Below, in pieces: positions 27,235 to 35,699 of a stretch of DNA of 64,000 nt. The position numbers and the translations under genes were made by a program. The stretch comes from Oscillospiraceae bacterium (GTDB lineage Bacteria; Bacillota; Clostridia; Oscillospirales; CAG-272), in the NCBI GenBank assembly GCA_015063805.1, contig SVTK01000015.1:12188-76187 (forward strand), read 5' to 3'. How positions within the stretch are numbered: the first letter of the stretch is position 1; each line of letters begins with the position of its first letter. The notes beneath the pieces are model-generated. The model was not told the origin of the DNA, did not search any database, and saw only the letters and a program-made list of their open reading frames with translations.

Positions 27235-30220
27235 GATTTTCCTCCGTTTCCCGTTTATCCAGGGCGCCCAGCAGGCTGCGCAGACGAATCTTCACAGCGC
27301 CGAGGTTAGTGATCTCGTCAATCTTGATTTGCGTATAAAGCTTCCCCGCCCGCTCCAGGATGGCACGGACCTCATCGGTGGTAATGGCATCAATGCCGCA
27401 GCCAAAGGACACCAGCTGGACAAGCTCCACGTCCCGATTCTGGGCCGCAAATTCTGCGGCGGCGTAAAGGCGGGCGTGATAGGTCCACTGGTTGAGCACG
27501 TCCACCTGCACCGGGGACCGGGGCAGAACCAGGCTATCCTCGGTGAGGACCACAAACCCCAGGGAAGCGGCCAGCCGGTCGATGCCATGGCCGATCTCAG
27601 GGTCGATGTGATAGGGCCGCCCTGCCAGGATCATCACCCGCAGGCCACGGGCACGGGCATAGGCAAGGGCGCAGGCCCCTTCCCTGCGCACATCCCGCAT
27701 ATAGGATTCATAAGCGGCGAAGCCGGATTTGACCGCAGCGCGTATCTCCCGCATGGGGATAGATTCAAGCTCTGCTGCGAAGAAACGGTGCAGCTCACGG
27801 GCAAGCTCACGGGGTTTGTTGATATTGAGATAAGGATAGAGGAATTTCGTCCCCGAAAGGGAGTCCACATTCCCCGCCAGCAGCTCGGAATAATAGGCCA
27901 CCACCGGGCAGTTGTAGTGATTGTCCCCCTGCCCTTCGTCCACGTTGTAGGTCAGGCAGGGATAGAAAATGGCATCCACCCCCTCCTCCAGCAGCTTCTC
28001 CACATGGCCGTGCATCAGCTTGGCCGGGTAGCAGGCGGTGTCGGAGGGAATGCTGTACTGTCCGGCTGCATAGATGTCCCGGGTGGAAGGACCGGAGAGA
28101 ATAACCTCATATCCCAGCGCCGTGAAAATCCCGTGCCAAAGGGGTGCCAGCTCATAAATCCCCAGGGCGCGGGGGATGCCGATGCGCCCCCGCTTGCCCT
28201 TGACGGGGCGCAGCGCCGAGATCTTCTCCCGTTTGAACTGGTGCAGGTTGGGCAGTGTTTCCACGGCGGCTTTCCCGTCCAGGCCCCCTTTTTCGCACTT
28301 GTTCCCTGAGATGAACTTCTCTCCGTTGGGGAAATGGTTGACGGTAAGATGGCACTGGTTGGTACAGCCACGGCAGACCGCCGAGCGGGAGGTATGGGTA
28401 AAGGATGCAATGGCCTCTTCGTCAAGCAATTCCGACTTGGAAAGCCCCAGGGCCCTTGCGTGGAGGGCGGCGCCGTATGCCCCCATCAGCCCTGCAATGG
28501 CGGGACGGATGACCTGGCACCCCAGCTCCCGCTCGAAGCTGCGCAGAACGGCATCGTTGTAGAAGGTCCCCCCCTGCACCACGATATGCCGTCCCAGCTC
28601 CTCGGGGGAAGCGGCGCGAATGACTTTATAGAGCGCATTTTTCACCACGCTCATGGACAGGCCGGCGGAGATATCTCCCACACCTGCTCCGTCCTTTTGG
28701 GCCTGTTTTACCGAGGAATTCATAAACACCGTGCATCGGCTTCCCAGCTCCACCGGTGCGGCGGCGAAAAGTCCAAGGCGGGAGAATTCCTCTACGTTGT
28801 AGCCCATGGAGCGGGCAAAGGTTTCAATGAAGGAGCCGCATCCCGAGGAGCAGGCCTCGTTGAGCATAATGCTGTCAATGGCCCCGCCCCGGATTTGGAA
28901 GCACTTAATGTCCTGTCCCCCGATATCCAGGATAAAATCCACCTCGGGCAGGAAATCTGCCGCCGCGGTATAATGGGCCATGGTTTCCACCAGCCCGGCA
29001 TCCACGTGGAAGGCATGGCGGATCAGCTCCTCACCGTACCCCGTCACCGCAGACCCCCGGATCGTCACCCGGTCGCCGCACAGGCGGTAGATCTTTGCCA
29101 TCTGGTGACGCACCACCGTTACCGGGTCGCCTTCGTTGGAGTTATAATATGTATAGAGGATCTTTTTATCGGCCGAGAGCAGCACCAGCTTTGTGGTGGT
29201 GGAGCCGCAGTCGATGCCCAGGTAAGCATCTCCGCAATAGTCAGCGGGATCAGCTGTGGGCACAGTGGCTTTGGCATGGCGGGCGCGGAAAGCCTCGTAT
29301 TCCGCTTCGTCGGCAAAGAGGGGCTCGGCGTGGGAAACGGGGCTGTCGCTTTGCTCGGCGGCACGGCCGATGGCCTCCAGTAGAGCCTCGAAGGCGATCT
29401 CCTCCCTCTCTCCCGCCTGTCGGTCGGCGTAGATTGCAGCCCCCAATGCCACGGCATAAAGGCCGTATTCGGGGAATACCGCTTCTCCCCGGGTGCCGTC
29501 AAGGCCGAGGGTCTCCACAAACCGCGCACGAAGGCCGCGGTTATAGTAGAGCGGACCGCCCAGGAAGACCACCTTCCCTTCAATCCGCCGTCCCTGGGCC
29601 AGACCCGCCACCGTTTGATTTACCACGGCCTGATAGATACTGGCCGCAATGTCGGCTTTGGCAGCCCCCTGATTGAGCAGGGGCTGGATGTCGGTTTTTG
29701 CAAACACCCCGCAGCGGGAAGCAATGGGATAGATCCGTCGGTGGGCGAGGCTGAGGGCATCCAGCTCGTCGGGGGTGACATTGAGCAGGGTTGCCATCTG
29801 ATCGATGAATGCCCCCGTCCCGCCGGCGCAGGAACCGTTCATGCGCTCATCGGTTCCCCCGGCAAAAAAGATGACCTTCGCATCCTCTCCCCCCAGTTCC
29901 ACCACAGAAGCGGCATCGGGGATGAGGCGGCGCACCGTTTCACAGGTGGCAAACACCTCCTGCACAAAGGGCAGGTTTGCCGCCCGGGCCAGGCCGAGTC
30001 CGGCAGAACCGGAAATCGAGATCACCAGGCGTTTGCCAGTCAGCCGGTCACGGAGGCCCTCCAAAAGCTCCAGGGTCTTCTGCCGCACCTGAGAGAAGTG
30101 GCGGGCATAGCAGGAAAAGACCGGTCTTCCCCCCTCCAGCAGAAACAACTTTGCCGTGGTGGAGCCGATGTCGATTCCAAGAGCATATTCGTGTGTCTGT
30201 TGAATTTGCATATTATCCAT
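27227..30220 (-). CDS. acyl-CoA dehydratase activase (two BadF/BcrAD ATPase domains + DUF2229-like)
   Basis: GIDIGSTTAK and GIDCGSTTTK, MNGSCAGGTG, LNEACSSGCG, SDTACYPAK, SFGCGIDA. Confidence 0.9.
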   Translation of the reverse strand: MDNMQIQQTHEYALGIDIGSTTAKLFLLEGGRPVFSCYARHFSQVRQKTLELLEGLRDRLTGKRLVISISGSAGLGLARAANLPFVQEVFATCETVRRLIPDAASVVELGGEDAKVIFFAGGTDERMNGSCAGGTGAFIDQMATLLNVTPDELDALSLAHRRIYPIASRCGVFAKTDIQPLLNQGAAKADIAASIYQAVVNQTVAGLAQGRRIEGKVVFLGGPLYYNRGLRARFVETLGLDGTRGEAVFPEYGLYAVALGAAIYADRQAGEREEIAFEALLEAIGRAAEQSDSPVSHAEPLFADEAEYEAFRARHAKATVPTADPADYCGDAYLGIDCGSTTTKLVLLSADKKILYTYYNSNEGDPVTVVRHQMAKIYRLCGDRVTIRGSAVTGYGEELIRHAFHVDAGLVETMAHYTAAADFLPEVDFILDIGGQDIKCFQIRGGAIDSIMLNEACSSGCGSFIETFARSMGYNVEEFSRLGLFAAAPVELGSRCTVFMNSSVKQAQKDGAGVGDISAGLSMSVVKNALYKVIRAASPEELGRHIVVQGGTFYNDAVLRSFERELGCQVIRPAIAGLMGAYGAALHARALGLSKSELLDEEAIASFTHTSRSAVCRGCTNQCHLTVNHFPNGEKFISGNKCEKGGLDGKAAVETLPNLHQFKREKISALRPVKGKRGRIGIPRALGIYELAPLWHGIFTALGYEVILSGPSTRDIYAAGQYSIPSDTACYPAKLMHGHVEKLLEEGVDAIFYPCLTYNVDEGQGDNHYNCPVVAYYSELLAGNVDSLSGTKFLYPYLNINKPRELARELHRFFAAELESIPMREIRAAVKSGFAAYESYMRDVRREGACALAYARARGLRVMILAGRPYHIDPEIGHGIDRLAASLGFVVLTEDSLVLPRSPVQVDVLNQWTYHARLYAAAEFAAQNRDVELVQLVSFGCGIDAITTDEVRAILERAGKLYTQIKIDEITNLGAVKIRLRSLLGALDKRETEENHG

Positions 30221-30692
30221 GAAGTTTCCCTTCCTGGCCGTCTGCAGCGGTGTCGCCGCCTGCGGACTCCATCTGCTCAGCAATGTCTAAAATCCGGGTA
30301 AGAATGCGAAGTCCCTCGCGGGCATCGTCCTCACCCAGGCGGTCAATAATCTCGGCGATGTAGTGGTGCATCTCCCCGCGGCGGGCTTCCACCAGTCCGC
30401 GTCCTGCGGGGGTGATGCAGACAAGGATCTTTCGGCGGTCATCGGTATCCATCCGCCGCTCAATCTGCCCCTTGCTCTCAAGCCGCTTCAGCACCGCCGC
30501 AACCCGCGCCGAGCTGGCATCCAGAATCTGACACAGCTCCCCGGGCTGAACCGGCTCCTGCTGTTGATAAAGATAACTTAAAATACGCATCTCCCCCTTG
30601 GTAAAGCTGCCGTACAGCCTGGGCCGCCCCAGCTTCATCAAAAGGGAAAAACGCTGAATAAACAGATTAGTAAAGCCTTCCTTCATCGTCAT
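30213..30692 (-). CDS. MarR-family regulator
   Basis: QPGELC..SSARVAAVLKRLESKGQIER..DDRRKILVCITPAG. Confidence 0.92.
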   Translation of the reverse strand: MTMKEGFTNLFIQRFSLLMKLGRPRLYGSFTKGEMRILSYLYQQQEPVQPGELCQILDASSARVAAVLKRLESKGQIERRMDTDDRRKILVCITPAGRGLVEARRGEMHHYIAEIIDRLGEDDAREGLRILTRILDIAEQMESAGGDTAADGQEGKLHG

Positions 30693-30704
30693 CCTCCCGT
30701 TTTT

Positions 30705-30746
30705 CTAACACGGTTAGATTTTAACACGGTTAGGTTTTTCTGTCAA
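30705..30746 (-). promoter_or_regulatory. marR promoter with tandem palindromic operators
   Basis: TTGACA-17-TAAAAT on minus strand overlapped by CTAACACGGTTAG (30705-30717) and TTAACACGGTTAG (30721-30733). Confidence 0.75.
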
Positions 30747-30780
30747 GCGAGAGAAAAAAATGTTCAAAATTTCTTTTCAT

Positions 30781-30809
30781 TTGACACAGGAACGGATTTG
30801 GTGTATAAT
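30781..30809 (+). promoter_or_regulatory. sigmaA promoter
   Basis: TTGACA-17-TATAAT. Confidence 0.7.
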
Positions 30810-30942
30810 ACCCCTGTCCCATGCATACATAAATTTCACAAATCATCCGAAAAAAAGTTGCGGATTATTTCCCCTCATGCCGCAATCCTATGGTAGACTA
30901 TAGTGAAATTATGCGGGCAACTCCCCGGGAAAGTGAAATGAT

Positions 30943-31362
30943 ATGGCAAACTTCAAGCAAAAACTGATGCAATTTATGTACGGCCGATACGGAAACGATC
31001 AGCTGGGCAATGCCCTTTTGATCCTTTATCTTGTTTTGACCGTCCTCCATCTGTTTACCAGATGGTACACGCTGGCCGCCCTTTTGCTGATCGACGCGGT
31101 ATGGATGCTCTTCCGCTGTTTTTCCCGCAATATTCCGGCACGGCGGCGGGAAAACGAGGCATTTCTGCGCATTTGGCAAAAAATCACAGGCTTCTTCACC
31201 CTCACCCGCGACCGCCTGCGAGATTGCCGCACCCATGTTTACCACAAATGCCCCCATTGTCGGGCGACCCTCCGGCTCCCCCGCCGTAAGGGTGAGCACA
31301 CCGTGCGATGCCCCCGATGCGGGGATACTTTCTCCATGAAAGTCCACTTCGGAAAGGAATGA
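30943..31362 (+). CDS. conserved membrane protein with C-terminal Zn ribbon
   Basis: FMYGRYGNDQL, two TM, FSRNI..RRREN, CPHC...CPRC. Confidence 0.85.
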   Translation: MANFKQKLMQFMYGRYGNDQLGNALLILYLVLTVLHLFTRWYTLAALLLIDAVWMLFRCFSRNIPARRRENEAFLRIWQKITGFFTLTRDRLRDCRTHVYHKCPHCRATLRLPRRKGEHTVRCPRCGDTFSMKVHFGKE

Positions 31363-31366
31363 CACC

Positions 31367-32533
31367 ATGACAGAACGGCTTTATGACAACGGACATTGCG
31401 CTGACTTCTCTGCCACCGTCCTCGATTGTATCCCCGACAAGGACGGCTTTGCCCTGCGCCTCGACCGCACCGCTTTTTTCCCCGGCGGAGGCGGCCAGGC
31501 CGCGGACAGCGGAAGCCTCGGTTCGCTCCCCGTCCGCGGGATGCGGGAAGAAAACGGTGAGCTATGGCATTTGGTGGATTCTCCTCTTCCGGTCGGCAGC
31601 ACGGTTGAAGGCAGGATCGATGCCGAGATCCGCCTGCGCCGGATGCAGAATCACTCGGGAGAGCACATCATCTCGGGGCTTCTCTGGCACGAGCACGGTC
31701 TGACCAACGTGGGCTTCCACATGGGCCACGAGGATGTGACCCTTGACCTTGACGGGGAGCTGACACGGGATCAGCTTGACCGGATTGAACAAATGGCAAA
31801 CGGCATTGTGGCCCAAAATCTGCCCATCACGGTCCACTATCCTATCCCCGATCAGCTTGACGCACTGGAATACCGCAGCAAGCTGGATCTGCGGGAAAAT
31901 GTGCGGATCGTTTCCATCGGCGAGGAGGGAGCGGTGGACCGCTGTGCCTGCTGTGCCCCACATGTTGCCCGCACCGGGGAGATCGGCATCATCAAGCTAT
32001 TGGATTTCATCCGCTACAAGGGCGGCATCCGCATCCATATGCTCTGCGGGCTGGATGCGCTGGAGGACTACCGATGCCGCTATCACGCCGTGGCATCCAT
32101 CGCCGCTTCCCTCTCGGCCAAGCAGCATGAGGTCGTGGAGGCAGTGGCGCGTTTGGGGGATGAAATTGGTGCGGGAAAAGCGCGACAAAGCGCCCTGTGC
32201 AGCCGGCTCATTGAGCTGCATCTGGCTGCCCTCGACGGCAATGCTGACTCCCCTGCCGTTGTGTTCGAGCCGCTGTTCGGCGCAAACGAACTTCGCTACC
32301 TGGTCAATGCTGCGATTGCCCATACCGATACCGCCATTGCCCTCTCGGGAAGCGATGAGGACGGCTATACCTATGTGCTGGGCAGCCGAAATGACTGCCG
32401 TCCCCTCAGCGCGGCAATGCATAAGGAACTTGGCGGAAAAGGCGGCGGCTCCGCAGAGATGGTTCGCGGCAAGCTTCCCGCGTCCCGCGACATGATCCTA
32501 CGCTTCTTCTCCCCATCGACAGCGCAGAAATAA
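31367..32533 (+). CDS. alanyl-tRNA editing protein AlaX with DHHA1 domain
   Basis: TAFFPGGGGQAAD, MQNHSGEH, CACCAPHV..TGEIG, GGKGGGS. Confidence 0.9.
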   Translation: MTERLYDNGHCADFSATVLDCIPDKDGFALRLDRTAFFPGGGGQAADSGSLGSLPVRGMREENGELWHLVDSPLPVGSTVEGRIDAEIRLRRMQNHSGEHIISGLLWHEHGLTNVGFHMGHEDVTLDLDGELTRDQLDRIEQMANGIVAQNLPITVHYPIPDQLDALEYRSKLDLRENVRIVSIGEEGAVDRCACCAPHVARTGEIGIIKLLDFIRYKGGIRIHMLCGLDALEDYRCRYHAVASIAASLSAKQHEVVEAVARLGDEIGAGKARQSALCSRLIELHLAALDGNADSPAVVFEPLFGANELRYLVNAAIAHTDTAIALSGSDEDGYTYVLGSRNDCRPLSAAMHKELGGKGGGSAEMVRGKLPASRDMILRFFSPSTAQK

Positions 32534-32541
32534 TCAAATTG

Positions 32542-32582
32542 AAAGACCCGAAAAATCCCATGGATTTTTTCGGGTCTTTTTT
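32542..32582 (+). terminator. terminator after alaX
   Basis: AAAGACCCGAAAAATCC/GGATTTTTTCGGGTCTTT + T tract. Confidence 0.75.
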
Positions 32583-32727
32583 GCCGTTGCGGCGCAAAAA
32601 TTGGCACTTATATTTCATGCACGCCGGGCGATAATAATGCCAGAGAACGCGAGCAGATGCCCGCGGGCTCAATTCAAATAGATCGCGGTGTCAGGGCAAG
32701 CTCCGGGCATCGCAAAAGGAGAAAATT

Positions 32728-32925
32728 ATGGCAAGCAACAAGTCTCTCGTACCCGAGGCAAAGGAAGCTCTCGACCGTTTCAAGATGGAGGCCGCATCTG
32801 AGGTTGGCGTAAACCTCAGCCAGGGCTACAACGGTGATCTCACCGCCCGTCAGGCCGGTTCCATCGGCGGTCAGATGGTTAAGAAGATGATCGAGAAGTA
32901 CGAGAACGATATCAAGACCAAGTAA
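32728..32925 (+). CDS. alpha/beta-type small acid-soluble spore protein
   Basis: VPEAKEALDRFKMEAASEVG..NGDLTARQAGSIGGQMVKKMI. Confidence 0.96.
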   Translation: MASNKSLVPEAKEALDRFKMEAASEVGVNLSQGYNGDLTARQAGSIGGQMVKKMIEKYENDIKTK

Positions 32926-32990
32926 CCATAAAAGCAATGGCAAAAGGTGCCGGTTGGCCGGTTGATTCGCCATCCGCACCGTCAGCGCAG

Positions 32991-33027
32991 GGAGTGCCGC
33001 GCAAATATGCGCGGCACTCCTTTTTTG
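32991..33027 (+). terminator. terminator after SASP gene
   Basis: GGAGTGCCGCGCA-aata-TGCGCGGCACTCC-T7. Confidence 0.85.
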
Positions 33028-33109
33028 CTGCTGCAGCTCGCCTCCCCTTGCAAAACGGCGGGATTTGTGTTATACTATGGGCAATAAAACCTACAAATGA
33101 GGAAATTAT

Positions 33110-34252
33110 ATGACCGAATACAACTTTGCTGCTACCTGCCTGTTTGGACTGGAAAAGCTACTTGGGGGAGAACTGGATGCCCTGGGTTGTCACCGCACCG
33201 AAACCATGGATGGGCGGGTATATTTCCGTGCCTCTCTGGATGCTGTGGCCCGCTGCAATCTTCAGCTGCGCACCGCGGAACGGGTGTATCTTGTGCTGGG
33301 CCGCTTCCCTGCCCGATCCTTTACCGAGCTCTTCGACGGCACCGCCGCCCTGCCCTGGGAGGATTTCATTGGTGCGGTCGATGCCTTCCCCGTGAAGGGA
33401 CACGCCATCAAAAGCACTCTGTTCTCGGTTCCCGACTGCCAGAGCATTGTGAAAAAAGCCATTGTCGACCGCCTGTCCGGGGCTTACGGGCAAAGCTGGT
33501 TTGACGAAACGGGCATCAAATACCAGGTGGAGTTTTTCCTCTTCAAGGATGAAGCCGCCCTGATGATCGACACCTCCGGCATTGCCCTCCACAAGCGGGG
33601 GTACCGCCCCGCCGCCAATGCCGCGCCGCTGCGGGAGACCTTGGCTGCTGCGCTGGCCATGACCGCACGGCCTCGCAGCGATATTCTCTTTTGGGATCCC
33701 ACCTGCGGCTCGGGCACCATTGCCATCGAGGCCGCCATGCTGCAGACCAAAACCGCCCCTGGGCTTGGTCGTCAGTTCGCCGCCGAGGAATACCCCTGGA
33801 TTCCTGCGGAATATTGGGATGATGCCCGGGATGAAGCCATCTCGGCCATTGATGAGGAGTCTGCATTTGAAGTGTGGGCCTCGGACATTGATCCCGAGTG
33901 CGTTTCGCTGACCAAGGAAAACGCCCGCCGTGCCGGGGTATCGGCCTATCTGAAGGTGTTTGAAGCCGACGTGCGCACCATCACCAAACCCGACCGCCGG
34001 GGCACCATTGTCTGCAATCCGCCTTACGGCGAGCGGCTGATGACCCCCGAGGCCGTAGAAGAACTTTACCGCGACATGGGCAGATGCTTTTCCGGCTTCG
34101 AGCCCTGGCAGATCTATGTTCTCACCTCCCACGAGGGATTTGAGCAGCTGTACGGCCGCCGGGCCGACAAGATCCGCCGGCTTTACAACGGCATGATCCC
34201 CTGCAGCTTCTATCAGTTCTTCCGCCCGCAGATGCCGAAGAAGGGACGATAA
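33110..34252 (+). CDS. THUMP-domain RNA methyltransferase (RlmL/YpsC-like)
   Basis: ATCLFGLE, NLQLRTAERV, LHKRGYR, APLRETLAAA, DPTCGSGTI, CNPPYGERL. Confidence 0.92.
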   Translation: MTEYNFAATCLFGLEKLLGGELDALGCHRTETMDGRVYFRASLDAVARCNLQLRTAERVYLVLGRFPARSFTELFDGTAALPWEDFIGAVDAFPVKGHAIKSTLFSVPDCQSIVKKAIVDRLSGAYGQSWFDETGIKYQVEFFLFKDEAALMIDTSGIALHKRGYRPAANAAPLRETLAAALAMTARPRSDILFWDPTCGSGTIAIEAAMLQTKTAPGLGRQFAAEEYPWIPAEYWDDARDEAISAIDEESAFEVWASDIDPECVSLTKENARRAGVSAYLKVFEADVRTITKPDRRGTIVCNPPYGERLMTPEAVEELYRDMGRCFSGFEPWQIYVLTSHEGFEQLYGRRADKIRRLYNGMIPCSFYQFFRPQMPKKGR

Positions 34253-34268
34253 CCCCAACAACCGACAC

Positions 34269-34305
34269 AAAATATCCCCCGGCTTTCTTAGCCGGGGGGT
34301 ATTTT
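34269..34305. terminator. bidirectional terminator
   Basis: AAAATATCCCCCGGCT/AGCCGGGGGGTATTTT between convergent genes. Confidence 0.8.
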
Positions 34306-34309
34306 GCGC

Positions 34310-34483
34310 TCATTTCGTCATGACAGCCATGCTTTGGAGCATGGAGCCCAGGGCATCCATGGTCTGCCCTGCGCGGCGGGTCATGCGTCTTGCCCGCATT
34401 TTCGGGGTGTTCCGCACGGCAACGGCACTGACAAGAATGAGGCCGGTGACGATTCCTGCGGCTGCGGCATTTCTTACGTTCAT
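34310..34483 (-). CDS. 57-aa basic membrane-anchored protein, probably sporulation-expressed
   Basis: MNVRNAAAAGIVTGLILVSAVAVRNTPKMRARRMTRRAGQTMDALGSMLQSMAVMTK*; AAGGAGG RBS; own terminator. Confidence 0.75.
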   Translation of the reverse strand: MNVRNAAAAGIVTGLILVSAVAVRNTPKMRARRMTRRAGQTMDALGSMLQSMAVMTK

Positions 34484-34514
34484 CTGCAATTCCTCCTTGC
34501 TTTTTCTGCATCGT

Positions 34515-34544
34515 TAGTGTTGCCGCCGCACGCGCCCTTTATGC
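34515..34544 (-). promoter_or_regulatory. sigmaF/sigmaG-type forespore promoter
   Basis: GCATA-N15-GGCAACACTA on minus strand, matching GYATA-N15-GGnnAnAHTR. Confidence 0.6.
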
Positions 34545-34859
34545 GTGGCGGGCCATGCGATTTTTCTTTGCCGCCACCAGGGCCAGTCCTCGCCGCTTGA
34601 GACGAAAGGCGGTGGCACGGCTGATCCCCAGCCGCTCGGCACACCGCTCCACGCTGCATCCGCGGAGATAGTGCAGCTCTAAGAGCAGCCGCGCATCACC
34701 CACCGGCAAGTCTCCCAGCAGGTTCTCGATCTCCCGCATCCGCATTCGCAGAAGCACCCGGTCGCAGCTGCTCATCCCTTCTCCGCAAAGGAGCATTTTC
34801 TCATAGATCCGATATGCAGACAGCACCTGCGCTGCCTTTTTTTCTTCCGTTCCGTTCAT
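34539..34859 (-). CDS. sigma70-region-4-like HTH protein (DUF1492/RinA-ArpU-like)
   Basis: LLLELHYLRGCSVERCAERLGISRATAFRLKRRGL; GGAGG RBS. Confidence 0.75.
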   Translation of the reverse strand: MNGTEEKKAAQVLSAYRIYEKMLLCGEGMSSCDRVLLRMRMREIENLLGDLPVGDARLLLELHYLRGCSVERCAERLGISRATAFRLKRRGLALVAAKKNRMARHA

Positions 34860-34902
34860 TCAACCCTGCCTCCCATCGTCCGCCAATCTCCACACAAAAC
34901 TT

Positions 34903-35040
34903 TCGCATTTCCGTCATAATGGAAACACCCCCTTGACTTCGGGACGAAAATGCGGTATACTGTTCCTCGGATATTCTGATTTTCACCTGAATTATATCGC
35001 ATTTGCGAATGTCTGTCAAGATGCAACTTCGGAAATGCGA
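34903..35040. promoter_or_regulatory. face-to-face promoters with repeated operators
   Basis: + TTGACT-17-TATACT (34933-34961); - TTGACA-17-TATAAT (35019-34991); TCGSA-WW-TSCGA-like boxes at 34903, 34944, 34997, 35029. Confidence 0.7.
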
Positions 35041-35063
35041 CAATACTGTGAGGTTGTACCTAT

Positions 35064-35663
35064 ATGGATTACACCGCATTCAAAGCATTGCTCAAGGCGC
35101 ACAATACCTCGGCCTACCGGGTGGCACAGGCCACGGGGATATCCCCCACCACCCTGGCCGACTGGAAAAGCGGCCGCTCAACACCGAAGGCCGACAAGCT
35201 TGCCCGCATTGCCGATCACTTCGGCATCAGCCTGGACGAAATGCTGGGCCGGGAATCCCCTCTGCGCACCGCATCGGTGCCCATTGTGGGGGAGATCCGT
35301 GCCGGCCAGCCCATCATCACCGAGGAAACTTTGTTGGGCTATGAACAGGCCTCCGTGTCGGCAGCCGAGGCTGAGGAGCATTTTTTCCTCCGCATCCGTG
35401 GGGACAGTATGCGGAACATCGGCATGGTGGAGGGGGCTCTGGTTCTCTTCCGCAAACAGCAGTATGCCGAAGAGGGCGCCGTAGTCGCCTGCCTTGTGGG
35501 GGGCGACAGCGCCACCGTCAAACGCTTCCATCGCGAGGGGCGGCGGATTTTCCTGCTCCCCGAAAACGAAGCCTATTCCCCCATTGAGCTCTCCACCGTG
35601 GACTTTGAAACGGGGGAAGCCCGCATTCTCGGGGTTGCCCGGGAAATCAAAATCTATCTTTGA
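35064..35663 (+). CDS. CI/XRE-type repressor with S24 autopeptidase domain
   Basis: HTH_3 (AYRVAQATGISPTTLADWKSG..P), Ala-Gly site EIRAG, catalytic GDSM and ATVK. Confidence 0.9.
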   Translation: MDYTAFKALLKAHNTSAYRVAQATGISPTTLADWKSGRSTPKADKLARIADHFGISLDEMLGRESPLRTASVPIVGEIRAGQPIITEETLLGYEQASVSAAEAEEHFFLRIRGDSMRNIGMVEGALVLFRKQQYAEEGAVVACLVGGDSATVKRFHREGRRIFLLPENEAYSPIELSTVDFETGEARILGVAREIKIYL

Positions 35664-35699
35664 TCGGCCATCTCCCATGGCCGCAGAAAGGTAAGCAAT

